Positions 37,770-47,730 of a stretch of 64,000 nucleotides of DNA are shown piece by piece. Each line of letters begins with the position of its first letter. Within the stretch, counting starts at the first letter, position 1. The stretch comes from a virus: positions 1 to 64,000 of IMG/VR virus record IMGVR_UViG_3300033145_002663. One strand, written 5' to 3'. Under the pieces are notes generated by a model, which saw only the letters and a program-made list of their open reading frames with translations, was not told the DNA's origin and did no database searches. Made by a program: the position numbers and the translations under genes.

Positions 37770-38528
37770 ATGACGAAGAAAAAAAACGGTAAAGAACTTG
37801 TAGTTGTGGCGCCGACGGACTACGCGGCGGTGAAAATGGAGGTGGATATAACCGAGGTTATCCGCACCAATCTCGGAAACGTGAAAATCAGCCCGCTGGA
37901 TCTGGATCAGATTAAAATACCGGCCGCTGGTGGAAGAGTATGGTCATATGAAACCCTCGACGGCGAGGTGGATTCTAAAATCATCGAAGGCATCATTGTT
38001 TATACCACAACAACCCGGGTGTATTGGAAGGACTCATACGAGGAATCCGGCGGCGGGTCCCCGCCCGATTGCGTATCTATCGACATGATTCATGGACGTG
38101 GAGAACCCGGCGGTATGTGTCCTCAATGTCCGCTGTCGGAATTTAAAAGTGCACCTGTACGCAAAGGGCAGGAAAAAAGCAGGGGTCAGGCCTGCCAGGA
38201 ACGACGGTTTATGTTTCTTGTTTTACCGAACGCGGCCCTGCCGTATGTAATTAACTTACCGCCAACAAGTCTGAATCCGAGTAAACGGTTCCTGCTTCGG
38301 CTGGCATCGAACGGTATAAACTTCTATGAGAGAATCACTCGCGTCGAGCTGGAACCGGACAAAAGTGCTGACGGACATAAGTTTTCCAAGGCCAAGTTCT
38401 CGGTTGCCGGTCCGGTACCGAACCCTGATTTCTGGAAAGAATATTCCTTGAAGATTGCTCCGATGCTGCAGGCGACCGCTGAGGAAATCGCGACTGAGAT
38501 GGAGCAGGATCATCCGGAAACAGAATAA
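37770..38528 (+). CDS. Putative ssDNA-binding / annealing protein
   Basis: PPDCVSID...CPQCPLSEF...GQAC, INLPPTSL and an acidic tail. Confidence 0.6.
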   Translation: MTKKKNGKELVVVAPTDYAAVKMEVDITEVIRTNLGNVKISPLDLDQIKIPAAGGRVWSYETLDGEVDSKIIEGIIVYTTTTRVYWKDSYEESGGGSPPDCVSIDMIHGRGEPGGMCPQCPLSEFKSAPVRKGQEKSRGQACQERRFMFLVLPNAALPYVINLPPTSLNPSKRFLLRLASNGINFYERITRVELEPDKSADGHKFSKAKFSVAGPVPNPDFWKEYSLKIAPMLQATAEEIATEMEQDHPETE

Positions 38529-38539
38529 TAAATCGGGGT

Positions 38540-40234
38540 TTGTCAATGGATCTGCGCGATTTCTTCGAATTGCTCTATGGTGACAAGCCCGACAACTCGC
38601 ACCTGTTGATCTGGACACCGGGGAAAACTAAGGGTGGGCATTCTTTCTGGACACCGGATACCAATGGCGCGGTGGATCACATCCTGAAGGACCCGAAGAA
38701 GGACCAGTATTTTCAGGTGGGGTTGTCGGGTAAAAAATACAAAAAGAACCAAAGGTGTCACCTCGACGAAAGCGAGGGTCGCCCGGTGGTAGCACTGCCG
38801 GCGGCCTTCGCTGACATTGATTTTGGTACCGAAGGCCATAAGAGCAAGAAAAATCCTCCAACGCGAGATGATGCGCTGCGGCTGATCCATGGCCACGGCT
38901 TTGACCCAACCGTGATCGTTCATTCCGGTCACGGCCTGCAGGCGTACTGGGTGTTCAAAGAAATCTGGAAACTGGAAACACCGGATGAACGTAAAAAAGC
39001 CATGGTGTTTTTACGTCGCGTAGTAGCATTTTTTAAAGACAAGGCCTCTGAAAAAAAATGGTATGTTGACAGCGTTCAGGATCTGGCTCGCATTCTTCGA
39101 CCACCGGAGAGTTACAACTGCAAGACTGACCCCAAATTAGTTGAAATCATTGAGTACAATGAGGATCGCAGATACAACCCCGAAGACCTCGAAGAATTCC
39201 TACCTGAAGATCCCGGCCATCAATCCTATGTGGAATCCAAACAGATTCATAGTACAGGTAAAAAATTATTCATAACCGAAGGACGCCAACCTCCATCCGG
39301 TAAGTTCGCGCAGCTCTGGGCGATCTTTCCGAAGTTTCAGGCCACGTGGGAAAATCAAAGAACCGGGGATTTAAATGATACCAGCCCTTCCGGATACGAT
39401 ATGGCGCTGGCATTATTTGCGGCGCAGGCAAACTGGAAACCGCAGGAAATTGTGGACCTGATCATTGCTCACCGGGAACATCATGGGCACGATTTAAAAT
39501 TAAAGAATATTCAATATTACGCCCGCACCGTGATTAATGCACGGGATCTCGCAATCTCGGAATCGTTCGAGACTCAGCAGGACATTCAGAATCTTCAGTT
39601 ATCGGAAGAATTGAACCCGACAGAAGAAGATTCTCCGGAGGAACGGTTAAGGAAAGATGTCAGTCTTCGCATGGGTGTTAAGATTTTAAAGATTGAAAAA
39701 TACTTAAGTGAGGATCCCGATTATATTATTCATATTGAATATAACGCCAAGATCGAAGAAATCACGTTAAAAATTACTCACTTTACATCGCAGAATCAAT
39801 TCCGCAACAAGATAGCGGCGATTACCGGCAAGGTAATTACCAGGTTTAAACCCAGGGAGTGGGACAGCCATATTCAGCAGTTATTAAATCTGGCGGAACA
39901 AAACATCAAGGAAGTGGGCGAGGAGGCGAGTGATAAGGGTATCACGCGATACTGGCTGGAAGATTATTTAAAGGGCTGTCATAAGTTAAAGCTGGAAGAT
40001 GCCGTCGATAACAAAAAACCGTTTATCAAAGACGGTACCTGGTTTTTCTTTTTGGAAAACTTTTATATGTGGGCCAAGATGAAGCGAGGCGCAACCCTGT
40101 CCCGCAGAGAACTTGGAACCCTGGTCAGCAGGCTGGGGTGCTTAAATAAAACGTTTAATATTCTGTCCGACAACAACAAACGAACCTCTCGTTCGGCGTA
40201 TCGAGTGCCGAAAAAGGTGGAACCGCAAACATGA
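38540..40234 (+). CDS. DNA primase (RepB/AEP-like)
   Basis: FADIDFG, IVHSGHGLQAYW, DLARILRPPESYN and D.SPSGYDMALA motifs. Confidence 0.85.
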   Translation: MSMDLRDFFELLYGDKPDNSHLLIWTPGKTKGGHSFWTPDTNGAVDHILKDPKKDQYFQVGLSGKKYKKNQRCHLDESEGRPVVALPAAFADIDFGTEGHKSKKNPPTRDDALRLIHGHGFDPTVIVHSGHGLQAYWVFKEIWKLETPDERKKAMVFLRRVVAFFKDKASEKKWYVDSVQDLARILRPPESYNCKTDPKLVEIIEYNEDRRYNPEDLEEFLPEDPGHQSYVESKQIHSTGKKLFITEGRQPPSGKFAQLWAIFPKFQATWENQRTGDLNDTSPSGYDMALALFAAQANWKPQEIVDLIIAHREHHGHDLKLKNIQYYARTVINARDLAISESFETQQDIQNLQLSEELNPTEEDSPEERLRKDVSLRMGVKILKIEKYLSEDPDYIIHIEYNAKIEEITLKITHFTSQNQFRNKIAAITGKVITRFKPREWDSHIQQLLNLAEQNIKEVGEEASDKGITRYWLEDYLKGCHKLKLEDAVDNKKPFIKDGTWFFFLENFYMWAKMKRGATLSRRELGTLVSRLGCLNKTFNILSDNNKRTSRSAYRVPKKVEPQT

Positions 40235-41895
40235 AAGAATATCGCATTTATGGGCCGCCGGGAACTGGGAAGACCCGAGTGCTTGCACGACGGCACATTC
40301 CCCGGGCGGTGGAAAAATACGGGCCTGACAAGGTGATGGTTACATCATTCACCCGGGCGGCGGCAAGGGAAATCGCCGGGCGGGATATCAAGGTCAATGA
40401 GCACAATGTCGGCACGTTGCATAGCATCTGCTTCCACGCGTTCGGGCAGCCTGATCTGGCCGTCAAGCATTTAAAAGAATGGAATGAGGCATATCCGAAG
40501 TGGCAGATGTCCAAAGGCAGCCAGGATCATGACGAAAGCTTTGAACCTCAAATGGACGGTGATAAACTTATATCCGAGATTCAAGTGCTGAAAGCAAGGC
40601 TGGTGCCGTCAAACATTTGGAGAATGCACCTTCAAAGTTTCAAGAAAGCATGGGACGGATTCAAGAAAGAAATGAACGTGCTGGACTTTGACGACCTGAT
40701 TGAAAGCGCGCTGGAAGAATTTCCGGTGGCGCCAAACAATCCCGCCGTTATGTTCCTGGACGAAGCCCAGGATTTCACCCCCATACAATTTAAGCTGATC
40801 CGGTTATGGGGCATGTCAATGGAATGGTTCGTGATGTGTGCGGACGACGATCAAACTTTATATGAATGGCTCGGTGCAGATCCCAAAGCCCTTATTTATC
40901 CACCGGTGCCTAAAGAATTCAAAACAGTTCTCAATCAATCGTGGCGGGTACCGGCCACGGTTTTGGAAATAGCGAACCGTGTAATCAAAGAGGTTTCGAT
41001 CAGGGAACCTAAAGAATATCGACCGCGCATGGACGATGAGCTTGAATCGGTGCAGGGTGAAGTGATTTTTCATGATGATCATTATAAAAGCCCGGACGAA
41101 GTTTTAGAGATGGCCATAAAATATATCAAACAGCCGTCAACAAGACCGGGCAGAAAAAATAAGGATGTCATGTTTTTAGCATCATGTTCTTACATGCTGG
41201 AACCGTTAAAGAGACTGCTCAGAGACAGGGGCATTCCTTTTCACAATCCGTACCGGCGGCAGCGGTATGACTGGAACCCGTTTTACAGATCGAAAGGTGT
41301 GTCCTCGGGTGAGCTGCTGTCCAGTTTTCTTTCTCAGTCGGAGTCTGACGAAACCTACTGGAGCGTGGCCCAGTTTTTAAAGTGGGCTCAGTTTATCAAA
41401 GTGGGTAAGACCGGGTTAATAAAAAAACAGGGCAAGGAAGCGATCAAGGTTTTAAATCAGGCCGTCGAGGACTGCGCCATGGGTATTCACACCACCCGGG
41501 AGGTGCTCCACAATGTGCTGTCTCCGGACGCTCTGCACGCTGCCTTAAATCGGGATATTCGATGGCTGCAGGACAATATCTTAAAATCCCGTTTAAACGG
41601 CCTCGCGTACCCGTTAACGGTGTTGAAGAATCAGGGGTGCGATGCCCTGCGAGAGGAGCCGAGCGTGGTTTTAGGTACAGTTCACTCGGTAAAAGGAGGT
41701 GAGGGATCGTGTGTCGTGCTCTTCCCGGACCTGTCAAGAGCTGCATACTCCGAGATGGATATTCAGGAGAATGAAGACGCCATACGCCGAATGTTCTATG
41801 TAGCCATGACCCGTGCGTATGAAACATTAATATTATGCTCGCCGGTCCCGGCGCCGCGAGGTATGCCGGCGATGTATTTTGAGTGGCCGGAGTAA
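40231..41895 (+). CDS. UvrD/Rep-like SF1 helicase
   Basis: GPPGTGKT, SFTRAAARE, GTLHS, DEAQD, DDDQTLY, TVHSVKGGE, YVAMTRA. Confidence 0.93.
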   Translation: MKEYRIYGPPGTGKTRVLARRHIPRAVEKYGPDKVMVTSFTRAAAREIAGRDIKVNEHNVGTLHSICFHAFGQPDLAVKHLKEWNEAYPKWQMSKGSQDHDESFEPQMDGDKLISEIQVLKARLVPSNIWRMHLQSFKKAWDGFKKEMNVLDFDDLIESALEEFPVAPNNPAVMFLDEAQDFTPIQFKLIRLWGMSMEWFVMCADDDQTLYEWLGADPKALIYPPVPKEFKTVLNQSWRVPATVLEIANRVIKEVSIREPKEYRPRMDDELESVQGEVIFHDDHYKSPDEVLEMAIKYIKQPSTRPGRKNKDVMFLASCSYMLEPLKRLLRDRGIPFHNPYRRQRYDWNPFYRSKGVSSGELLSSFLSQSESDETYWSVAQFLKWAQFIKVGKTGLIKKQGKEAIKVLNQAVEDCAMGIHTTREVLHNVLSPDALHAALNRDIRWLQDNILKSRLNGLAYPLTVLKNQGCDALREEPSVVLGTVHSVKGGEGSCVVLFPDLSRAAYSEMDIQENEDAIRRMFYVAMTRAYETLILCSPVPAPRGMPAMYFEWPE

Positions 41896-41908
41896 GGAAG
41901 GAGAAACC

Positions 41909-42067
41909 ATGAATAAAATAGAGTTAGTTCAAAAGATAGGCAATGAGATTTGTGAGGGATGCGGGCCGCATGCTGATTGCGGCATTGAGCCTTCGGATTG
42001 CGATCGCATAACCAATGCAGTCAATTTGCTTGATGAATTTTTAGAGGAAAAAGATGCCAAAATGTAA
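41909..42067 (+). CDS. Small Cys-containing hypothetical protein
   Basis: SD GGAG; CEGC...C...C. Confidence 0.45.
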   Translation: MNKIELVQKIGNEICEGCGPHADCGIEPSDCDRITNAVNLLDEFLEEKDAKM

Positions 42068-42236
42068 AGGCTGCGGCCAGGAAATTAAATGGATAGAGAT
42101 GGCAACAGGAAAGAAAATGCCACTGGATGCAAAACCAATACAAATGATTCAGGTAAAAGAAGGAATCGGCGAAGTGATCCCGGTTTACATGCCCCACTGG
42201 GCAACTTGTCCGAATGCCCCGGATTTTAAAAAATGA
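42054..42236 (+). CDS. Small zinc-binding phage protein
   Basis: CKGCGQEIKW...GKKMPLD...HWATCP. Confidence 0.65.
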   Translation: MPKCKGCGQEIKWIEMATGKKMPLDAKPIQMIQVKEGIGEVIPVYMPHWATCPNAPDFKK

Positions 42237-42484
42237 AAAAAGTTAAAGGCATCTCTCTTTCAGTCAAAGGAACCGAGGTATCGTACAACAAAGGGTATCT
42301 TGTCAGGGACTCTCCTTTTGTTAAGATCAAACAGTTCGTGGATGGTTCAAGCATATCCGAGGATGAAGTCAGGAAAATTATCAAAGGAATTCCGCACCCG
42401 GACAGGCACGAAACCTATATCGGTGCGAAAGAACTCGCATTATTAAAACAGGCATGGAGGAAATTGGATGGTAACCGTTCATAA
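42233..42484 (+). CDS. Hypothetical protein
   Basis: Overlapping operon ORF. Confidence 0.5.
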   Translation: MKKVKGISLSVKGTEVSYNKGYLVRDSPFVKIKQFVDGSSISEDEVRKIIKGIPHPDRHETYIGAKELALLKQAWRKLDGNRS

Positions 42485-42701
42485 AGCATCGCCAATTGGT
42501 AAAGAGATTATTCCAGATGGACATCTTTCAATCAGCATTCCGCTGAAAGATTCCATTACATTGGAAGACTGCGAAGCTACCATGGAGGAAGACGCATCTA
42601 AGATAGCAAAGGTTTTAACAGAGCATCTTCCACAAGGGGTAAGGCATAAACTCTTAATCAAAATGCTTCAAGCCACCTTGAATCTTTATATTGGAAAATA
42701 A
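42468..42701 (+). CDS. Hypothetical protein
   Basis: SD GGAGG; operon ORF. Confidence 0.5.
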   Translation: MVTVHKASPIGKEIIPDGHLSISIPLKDSITLEDCEATMEEDASKIAKVLTEHLPQGVRHKLLIKMLQATLNLYIGK

Positions 42702-42714
42702 TGGAGGAAATTAG

Positions 42715-43306
42715 ATGGGTAAAATTTTTTGGTTTGATACTGAAACAACCGGCTTGGATGACAAAATTCATGGCATTACTGAGCTGGCCATATTGATTGA
42801 GGATGATGGCAAAATAATTGATGAGATTCATTATGCGGTTCGTTCGTCCGGATGACAAGTGCATTGTCAACCCGGATGCGTTGGAAATTCAGGGTAGGAC
42901 GTGGGAAGATATAATTATGGGCATGCCTGAGCGACTGGTACTCGATGATCTTAAGAACAGATTAAAAAAGCATGTTGATCCCTACAATCCCAAAGATAAG
43001 TTCGTGCAGGCCGGATACCGCGTGGGATTCGATGATGGTTTTCTTAGGGAATTTTTTATCCGGAACAATGACAAGTATTATGGGAGCTGGTTTTTTAATG
43101 CCAGGATCGATGTGTTGTCATTAGCGGCGATGTGTCATGCCAGAAATTCATTCCCGGTGGACAATTTCAAGCTCGCCACGATGTGTAAACATTTTTATAT
43201 TCCGCTTGATGCTCATAAAGCCATGGATGATATCAAAGCAACGCAGGATCTGTATTATAGACTACATTCAATTATGGGGTGGACGAATGGCAAACAGGGT
43301 CAGTGA
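42715..43306 (+). pseudogene. DEDDh 3'-5' exonuclease, frameshifted by a 4-bp duplication
   Basis: The frame starting at 42715 reads MGKIFWFDTETTGLD (Exo I) and stops at 42855. The +1 frame carries AGYRVGFD (Exo II) and AHKAMDDI (Exo III). GTTCGTTCGT lies at 42838-42847. Confidence 0.8.
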
Positions 43307-43664
43307 AGACTCAATCGTAAAGGCCAGTCAGCGGTGGTTGAAGTCACTCCCGGGGTGCAAGGTCCGCAAGCGCCGGGGAGGGATGTCCAACCGTGGCGAG
43401 CCGGATCTGTACGGATGTATTCACGGGATTCATTTTGAGATCGAGGTGAAGGCGCCGGGAAATACACCAACAAAGCACCAGGTGGCGCGGCTGGAAGAAT
43501 GGGAAGTGACCGGCGCGATAACCGGAGTATCGTACTGTCTGGATGATACAAAAACGATCATACTTACCGGCCTGTTGAATATCGCGTCTAAAATTAAACC
43601 TGTAATCAAACAGTTTTTATCAGGGAGGAGCGGAGAATGCCTGAAACATGTGAGACCAAATTAA
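43287..43664 (+). CDS. VRR-NUC nuclease (candidate Holliday junction resolvase)
   Basis: SEDSIV...GEPDLYG...FEIEVKAPG..PTKHQ. Confidence 0.85.
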   Translation: MANRVSEDSIVKASQRWLKSLPGCKVRKRRGGMSNRGEPDLYGCIHGIHFEIEVKAPGNTPTKHQVARLEEWEVTGAITGVSYCLDDTKTIILTGLLNIASKIKPVIKQFLSGRSGECLKHVRPN

Positions 43665-44005
43665 AAATCTATCTGATTGTCGGTATGGGGCATGTTATTG
43701 GAGAGCTGGTTCATGACTGGAAAGAAAAAATCGTGCTGCAAAATGCCGGTGTGGTTAAAGGCGACGGCAAACATATTGCCGTAACGCCTCCGATCCTTCA
43801 TTGGTTTGCTCATCAGATGGATAAGATTCAAAGATTCGAGATCCCGAAACGTTTAATCATCAACGATGATGATGCCAGTCCTGATTTATACGCAGTGTAC
43901 GATATGTATGTCAAGAAACTCACCGAGAAGACTACCGGCATTAAGGTGGCCAATGAGCAGGACATGCAGCGAGTGATTAATATCGCTCAGAAAAAGCTGC
44001 ATTAA
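43637..44005 (+). CDS. Hypothetical protein
   Basis: SD GGAG; 122 aa. Confidence 0.6.
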   Translation: MPETCETKLKIYLIVGMGHVIGELVHDWKEKIVLQNAGVVKGDGKHIAVTPPILHWFAHQMDKIQRFEIPKRLIINDDDASPDLYAVYDMYVKKLTEKTTGIKVANEQDMQRVINIAQKKLH

Positions 44006-44217
44006 TGGCAACGATAATTTTTGAAAACTGGCCCAACACATGCTGGATGGATAAAGAGTGGGTCAAAGATAGGCTTGAAACGGAACAAAAGAAAAAGATT
44101 ATACAGATAGAATCTCTTTTTTCTAAGGCAAGCATGAAAAGAAAAGCTCAAATCATGGGAATTTCTGTTGGATATTATTATCAATTAAGAAGCAAGTATA
44201 AAATTACCACCCCATAG
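44005..44217 (+). CDS. Small HTH-like protein
   Basis: MKRKAQIMGISVGYYYQLR. Confidence 0.5.
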   Translation: MATIIFENWPNTCWMDKEWVKDRLETEQKKKIIQIESLFSKASMKRKAQIMGISVGYYYQLRSKYKITTP

Positions 44218-45082
44218 CCGCATCCACCCGGCGCTGAAGCATGTTCGGTGTCGGGTGAATGTAGTTATCCTCGATTGTTTTCGGTGTGTCCCCCAGCAGG
44301 AACGCAATGTCCATGATACTCATACCGCCTTCATAGTGCAGCCATGTGGCCACGTAATGCCTAAAGGTGTGGGGGCCCCGACCATCGGCACCGTTCTTTA
44401 GTCCCAGGTCAATCAGCATGTCATTAATAATCTTCTGGACCTGCTTGGTGGAGGGGAATATTCTATCCTGCCATCCCATATCCAGCATTGCGCGTTCCTT
44501 ATATATTAATAATATGCGCGCGGTGTCTTTTGAGAAGAACGCCGGCCGGGGTTCGGTCTTGGAGTCAGACAGAAATACGGTTCTGTTCTCAAGATCCACG
44601 TCCCTGGACATGATGCGGCTGACCTCCCGGACCCTGGCACCGGTATCGATCAGCAGGCACACGATCGCCTGGTTCCGGACAGAGTTTCTTGAATCCGGGA
44701 ACGAGTATTCTCTGCACATCTCGACCTCAATTTCAGTGAACCAGCGGCTCACAGCCTTGAGCTGGGCTTCCTTGCGCTCGGATGCAGGAATGCGGTAGGT
44801 GTATTCTATGGGGGTGCCGTTCCATTTGAAGAACATTTTAGCAATGGTGAGGTATTGCTGGATGGTGGGTCCACCGCAGTTCAAACTTTCAAGATAGGCC
44901 GCATACCCTGGCATGTATTCCTGGAAGTTATTTAAGTCTACGTTATCCATTCCTAACCAATTGCAATACCCTTGAAGCCTTTGCAGACCATTTCTGTATA
45001 GATTGATTGTGTTCGGCCTCAATGAAGATATTGAGGATAAATATTGAGCTATAACCATGTTTATATCTGCTTTGTGTGCCAT
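44204..45082 (-). CDS. Second tyrosine recombinase (XerC/D-like)
   Basis: DTGARVRE, SKT, HTFRH, LLGD...NYIH. Confidence 0.9.
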   Translation of the reverse strand: MAHKADINMVIAQYLSSISSLRPNTINLYRNGLQRLQGYCNWLGMDNVDLNNFQEYMPGYAAYLESLNCGGPTIQQYLTIAKMFFKWNGTPIEYTYRIPASERKEAQLKAVSRWFTEIEVEMCREYSFPDSRNSVRNQAIVCLLIDTGARVREVSRIMSRDVDLENRTVFLSDSKTEPRPAFFSKDTARILLIYKERAMLDMGWQDRIFPSTKQVQKIINDMLIDLGLKNGADGRGPHTFRHYVATWLHYEGGMSIMDIAFLLGDTPKTIEDNYIHPTPNMLQRRVDAAMGW

Positions 45083-45375
45083 TAATCCTCATCTCCCTCG
45101 TAGAGTTTGACCCATTCTTCAAATAACATAACTTGCCATTTAATCGATGGTATTCGTTTTTGCAGCAACGCTTGAAATTCATAAGCCTCAAAGGTGGTGC
45201 AAAACATTCCATATGGTACATGTTTTTTGGGGTCATCAATAACGATATCGTAACTTCCAATATATTTAAGTAATTGATCAAGATCCTCAAGTACTGCTCC
45301 ATAATACCCACATGCGCCGCATGCACCTTCGAGCATTGCCTTTTGTTGACACCGTGGACATTTATAGTGATTCAT
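45082..45375 (-). CDS. Hypothetical zinc-ribbon protein
   Basis: CPRC...CGACG. Confidence 0.55.
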   Translation of the reverse strand: MNHYKCPRCQQKAMLEGACGACGYYGAVLEDLDQLLKYIGSYDIVIDDPKKHVPYGMFCTTFEAYEFQALLQKRIPSIKWQVMLFEEWVKLYEGDED

Positions 45376-45441
45376 TTTACAATCCTCGCTTTAATAGTTA
45401 CAAGCATTCATCCGCAATTTTACGGTATTCATTAAGTTCTT

Positions 45442-45873
45442 TTATTTTGCAAACATAAATCTATGTGGAATCCTCGCTTTCTGCACCTTCCTCGGGGCCA
45501 TACCCTTGAACACTCCACTTGGATCAATGCCTAATGCCTGCGTGAAATTCGCCAGCTTCAATGCACACATCGGACATACGCTTGTGTCCGGGCCGTACTC
45601 ATCGGCGTTCGGGTCAATGTCGCTGCAGAAATAACAGTCGCCGGCGGCTTCGTCGTAAATGTCCTGGATCTTGTCAAAGATCTTCAACTCACCGGGATCC
45701 TCCTCGGTGTCCACCAGGCCCAGACCAACACGAACTTCGGTCATCACATACGTTAACAGGAATGTCATAGCCCTGTTGGCGATTTCAGGATCCAGGCTGT
45801 TGATGGCGTCAATGCCGTCGTCGTACCAGGTGTCTTTATCTTTTAGAATCTTTGTGAAATCAATGATTTTCAC
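45442..45873 (-). CDS. Hypothetical protein
   Basis: CYFC...CPMC; SD GGAGG. Confidence 0.6.
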   Translation of the reverse strand: MKIIDFTKILKDKDTWYDDGIDAINSLDPEIANRAMTFLLTYVMTEVRVGLGLVDTEEDPGELKIFDKIQDIYDEAAGDCYFCSDIDPNADEYGPDTSVCPMCALKLANFTQALGIDPSGVFKGMAPRKVQKARIPHRFMFAK

Positions 45874-46510
45874 TCCATACCTCCTTTACATGTTTGATGC
45901 TCGGATAAAGTTTATGCGATGCTATCATATTGGCAATTTCAGGTTTGAATTTTGGTGGACAGTCCTCTTTACTCCACTTGTAAAACAAATCAAACTCGTC
46001 ATTGAACTCTTTTATCTGACGATCCTTTTCCGCTATTTCTTTCTTGAATAATTCGTGCAGTTTTTTAATTTCCGGTACTACCTGCCTGACAATCATATCT
46101 GAAAGATTAAGTTTTTTTGCTTCGTATTCATGACGGGAGGGCAGGGGCCACGAATAGGACAAGCAGTTTTTAAATGTAGTATTATTTAAAGTAATTTGTG
46201 AGTTGTCGTTGAACGTATATCTCTGCTTTAAAATATCCGCGATTTTATCAAATGCGTATTTACGATCTTGTTCGCTTAGGTCATAGTTAAATATACGGTT
46301 CCCATATTTCATAGTACCGTAACACCTGAAATTAATACCCTCACCAGTCATTTTAAAATCTTCGGATCTCACAATATTAACTAGTTCAAACTGATAAGGA
46401 TCATCGCATATTACAACTGTATTAACATTCCCACCACGATGAAGACCTAACTGCTTGTTCAATAAAAGTTTAATATGGTGTATGTTTCTCAGTACATTTT
46501 CAGCTAACAT
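45860..46510 (-). CDS. Hypothetical protein
   Basis: 216-aa ORF. Confidence 0.6.
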   Translation of the reverse strand: MLAENVLRNIHHIKLLLNKQLGLHRGGNVNTVVICDDPYQFELVNIVRSEDFKMTGEGINFRCYGTMKYGNRIFNYDLSEQDRKYAFDKIADILKQRYTFNDNSQITLNNTTFKNCLSYSWPLPSRHEYEAKKLNLSDMIVRQVVPEIKKLHELFKKEIAEKDRQIKEFNDEFDLFYKWSKEDCPPKFKPEIANMIASHKLYPSIKHVKEVWSENH

Positions 46511-46553
46511 ATTCCCTCTATTTACACGGGTACCACCCGTATCGGTACCGCAT

Positions 46554-46733
46554 TCACCTTTTCATTTCAAACGTGTTCATCATCAGCGCGTCCGGGTTCC
46601 CACCTCTACCGTATACGCACTCCCACTTATCCCTTTCAAAATCCGCCGGGCCTTTTGTTGGATGGCACCATTTGGTTTGAGCGCAACCATAAATACATAG
46701 AGCCATGATTAAAACTGCGATAACTGTTTTCAT
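46554..46733 (-). CDS. Small putative lipoprotein
   Basis: MKTVIAVLIMALCIYGCAQ lipobox-like signal; SD GGAGG. Confidence 0.55.
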   Translation of the reverse strand: MKTVIAVLIMALCIYGCAQTKWCHPTKGPADFERDKWECVYGRGGNPDALMMNTFEMKR

Positions 46734-46798
46734 AATTTTATCCTCCTTTTTAATTTTAGAGGATAGAATTATACCTTCTTTTTGATTATTAATCAAGA

Positions 46799-47392
46799 TT
46801 AAAAAGCATAGCGCCCGGAGGGTTTACGGACCTTCCACATCCAGCTGGAATCATAAGCGGAGTTTCGACCGAGCTTTAACAGTCCGGCTTTGTTTTTAAT
46901 GACCAGCCCCTCAATTTCATTATCCTCGATAACGTCAAAGAACACCTTGCGAAAGTTGTCCGGGAACTCCTCGGGGATCCCCAGGGGATCACTGTTCACT
47001 TTGAACAGGTTCTCGATGATGGTTCTTCGGTACCAACGCGGTTTCCCAACCAGAAGTTTTCCCTGCCACACAAACACGTCGTAGATCATAACCTTATGTT
47101 TTATGCCCGGCACCTTATTATGGCGGAGGCCTCCGTCAAATAAACAGTACCCGTTAAGCTGAAGACGGCTTAACGCTTCCATCAGCTCATCGTTCGGGGT
47201 GTAGTTTAATTTTTCCTCGTGCCGGTTCCAGAACTCAAAATTGCCGTTGCAGTGCAGCTCTAAACGCTGCTCATTATATTTTCGTTCGGCAACGAAAGAG
47301 TTGTGATCAGAAAGCCTTTGAAACAGGGGTTGCTCTATGCTGAGCAGGCGGGGTTTCTCCGGGTAGAAATATTTAAAAGCGGTGAGTTTCAT
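46799..47392 (-). CDS. ATP-dependent ligase-like nucleotidyltransferase, adenylation domain only
   Basis: AERKYNEQR (motif I variant), LFDGGL, IYDVF, EGLVIK, WMWKVR. Confidence 0.75.
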   Translation of the reverse strand: MKLTAFKYFYPEKPRLLSIEQPLFQRLSDHNSFVAERKYNEQRLELHCNGNFEFWNRHEEKLNYTPNDELMEALSRLQLNGYCLFDGGLRHNKVPGIKHKVMIYDVFVWQGKLLVGKPRWYRRTIIENLFKVNSDPLGIPEEFPDNFRKVFFDVIEDNEIEGLVIKNKAGLLKLGRNSAYDSSWMWKVRKPSGRYAF

Positions 47393-47730
47393 GCAGTAAC
47401 CTCCTTCTTGAAATTCCGAGTACAATAATAAATTCCATTTTGGTACCTCATGGGCTTGCCGCAATATGGGCATAGTTTTTGCTTACATTGTTCACAAATT
47501 GTTTCATCTTCGCTTCCTTTCAATAAACTTTGCCAAAGATTTACCATATATTCTACAAGCTCTTTCAGTTCGGTTTGCGTTAATGACTGAACACTGCAGA
47601 ACTCTCCGTCATACCCGTAATCAATAACTCCAACCTCAACACCATCTTCGGATAACCCTAAAATTCCAGAAGGAGCATCTATTTTTTTGCCAGTAGAGAA
47701 AACAAACGTATTGTTATGAACAAGCTTCAT
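47389..47730 (-). CDS. Hypothetical protein with a C-terminal Cys cluster
   Basis: CEQC..CPYCG..C. Confidence 0.5.
   Translation of the reverse strand: MKLVHNNTFVFSTGKKIDAPSGILGLSEDGVEVGVIDYGYDGEFCSVQSLTQTELKELVEYMVNLWQSLLKGSEDETICEQCKQKLCPYCGKPMRYQNGIYYCTRNFKKEVTA

Noticed and set aside
42853-42855. Selenocysteine read-through of the TGA in the exonuclease
   Set aside because: The rest of the protein is in a different frame, so read-through would not restore it. The 4-bp duplication explains the break.
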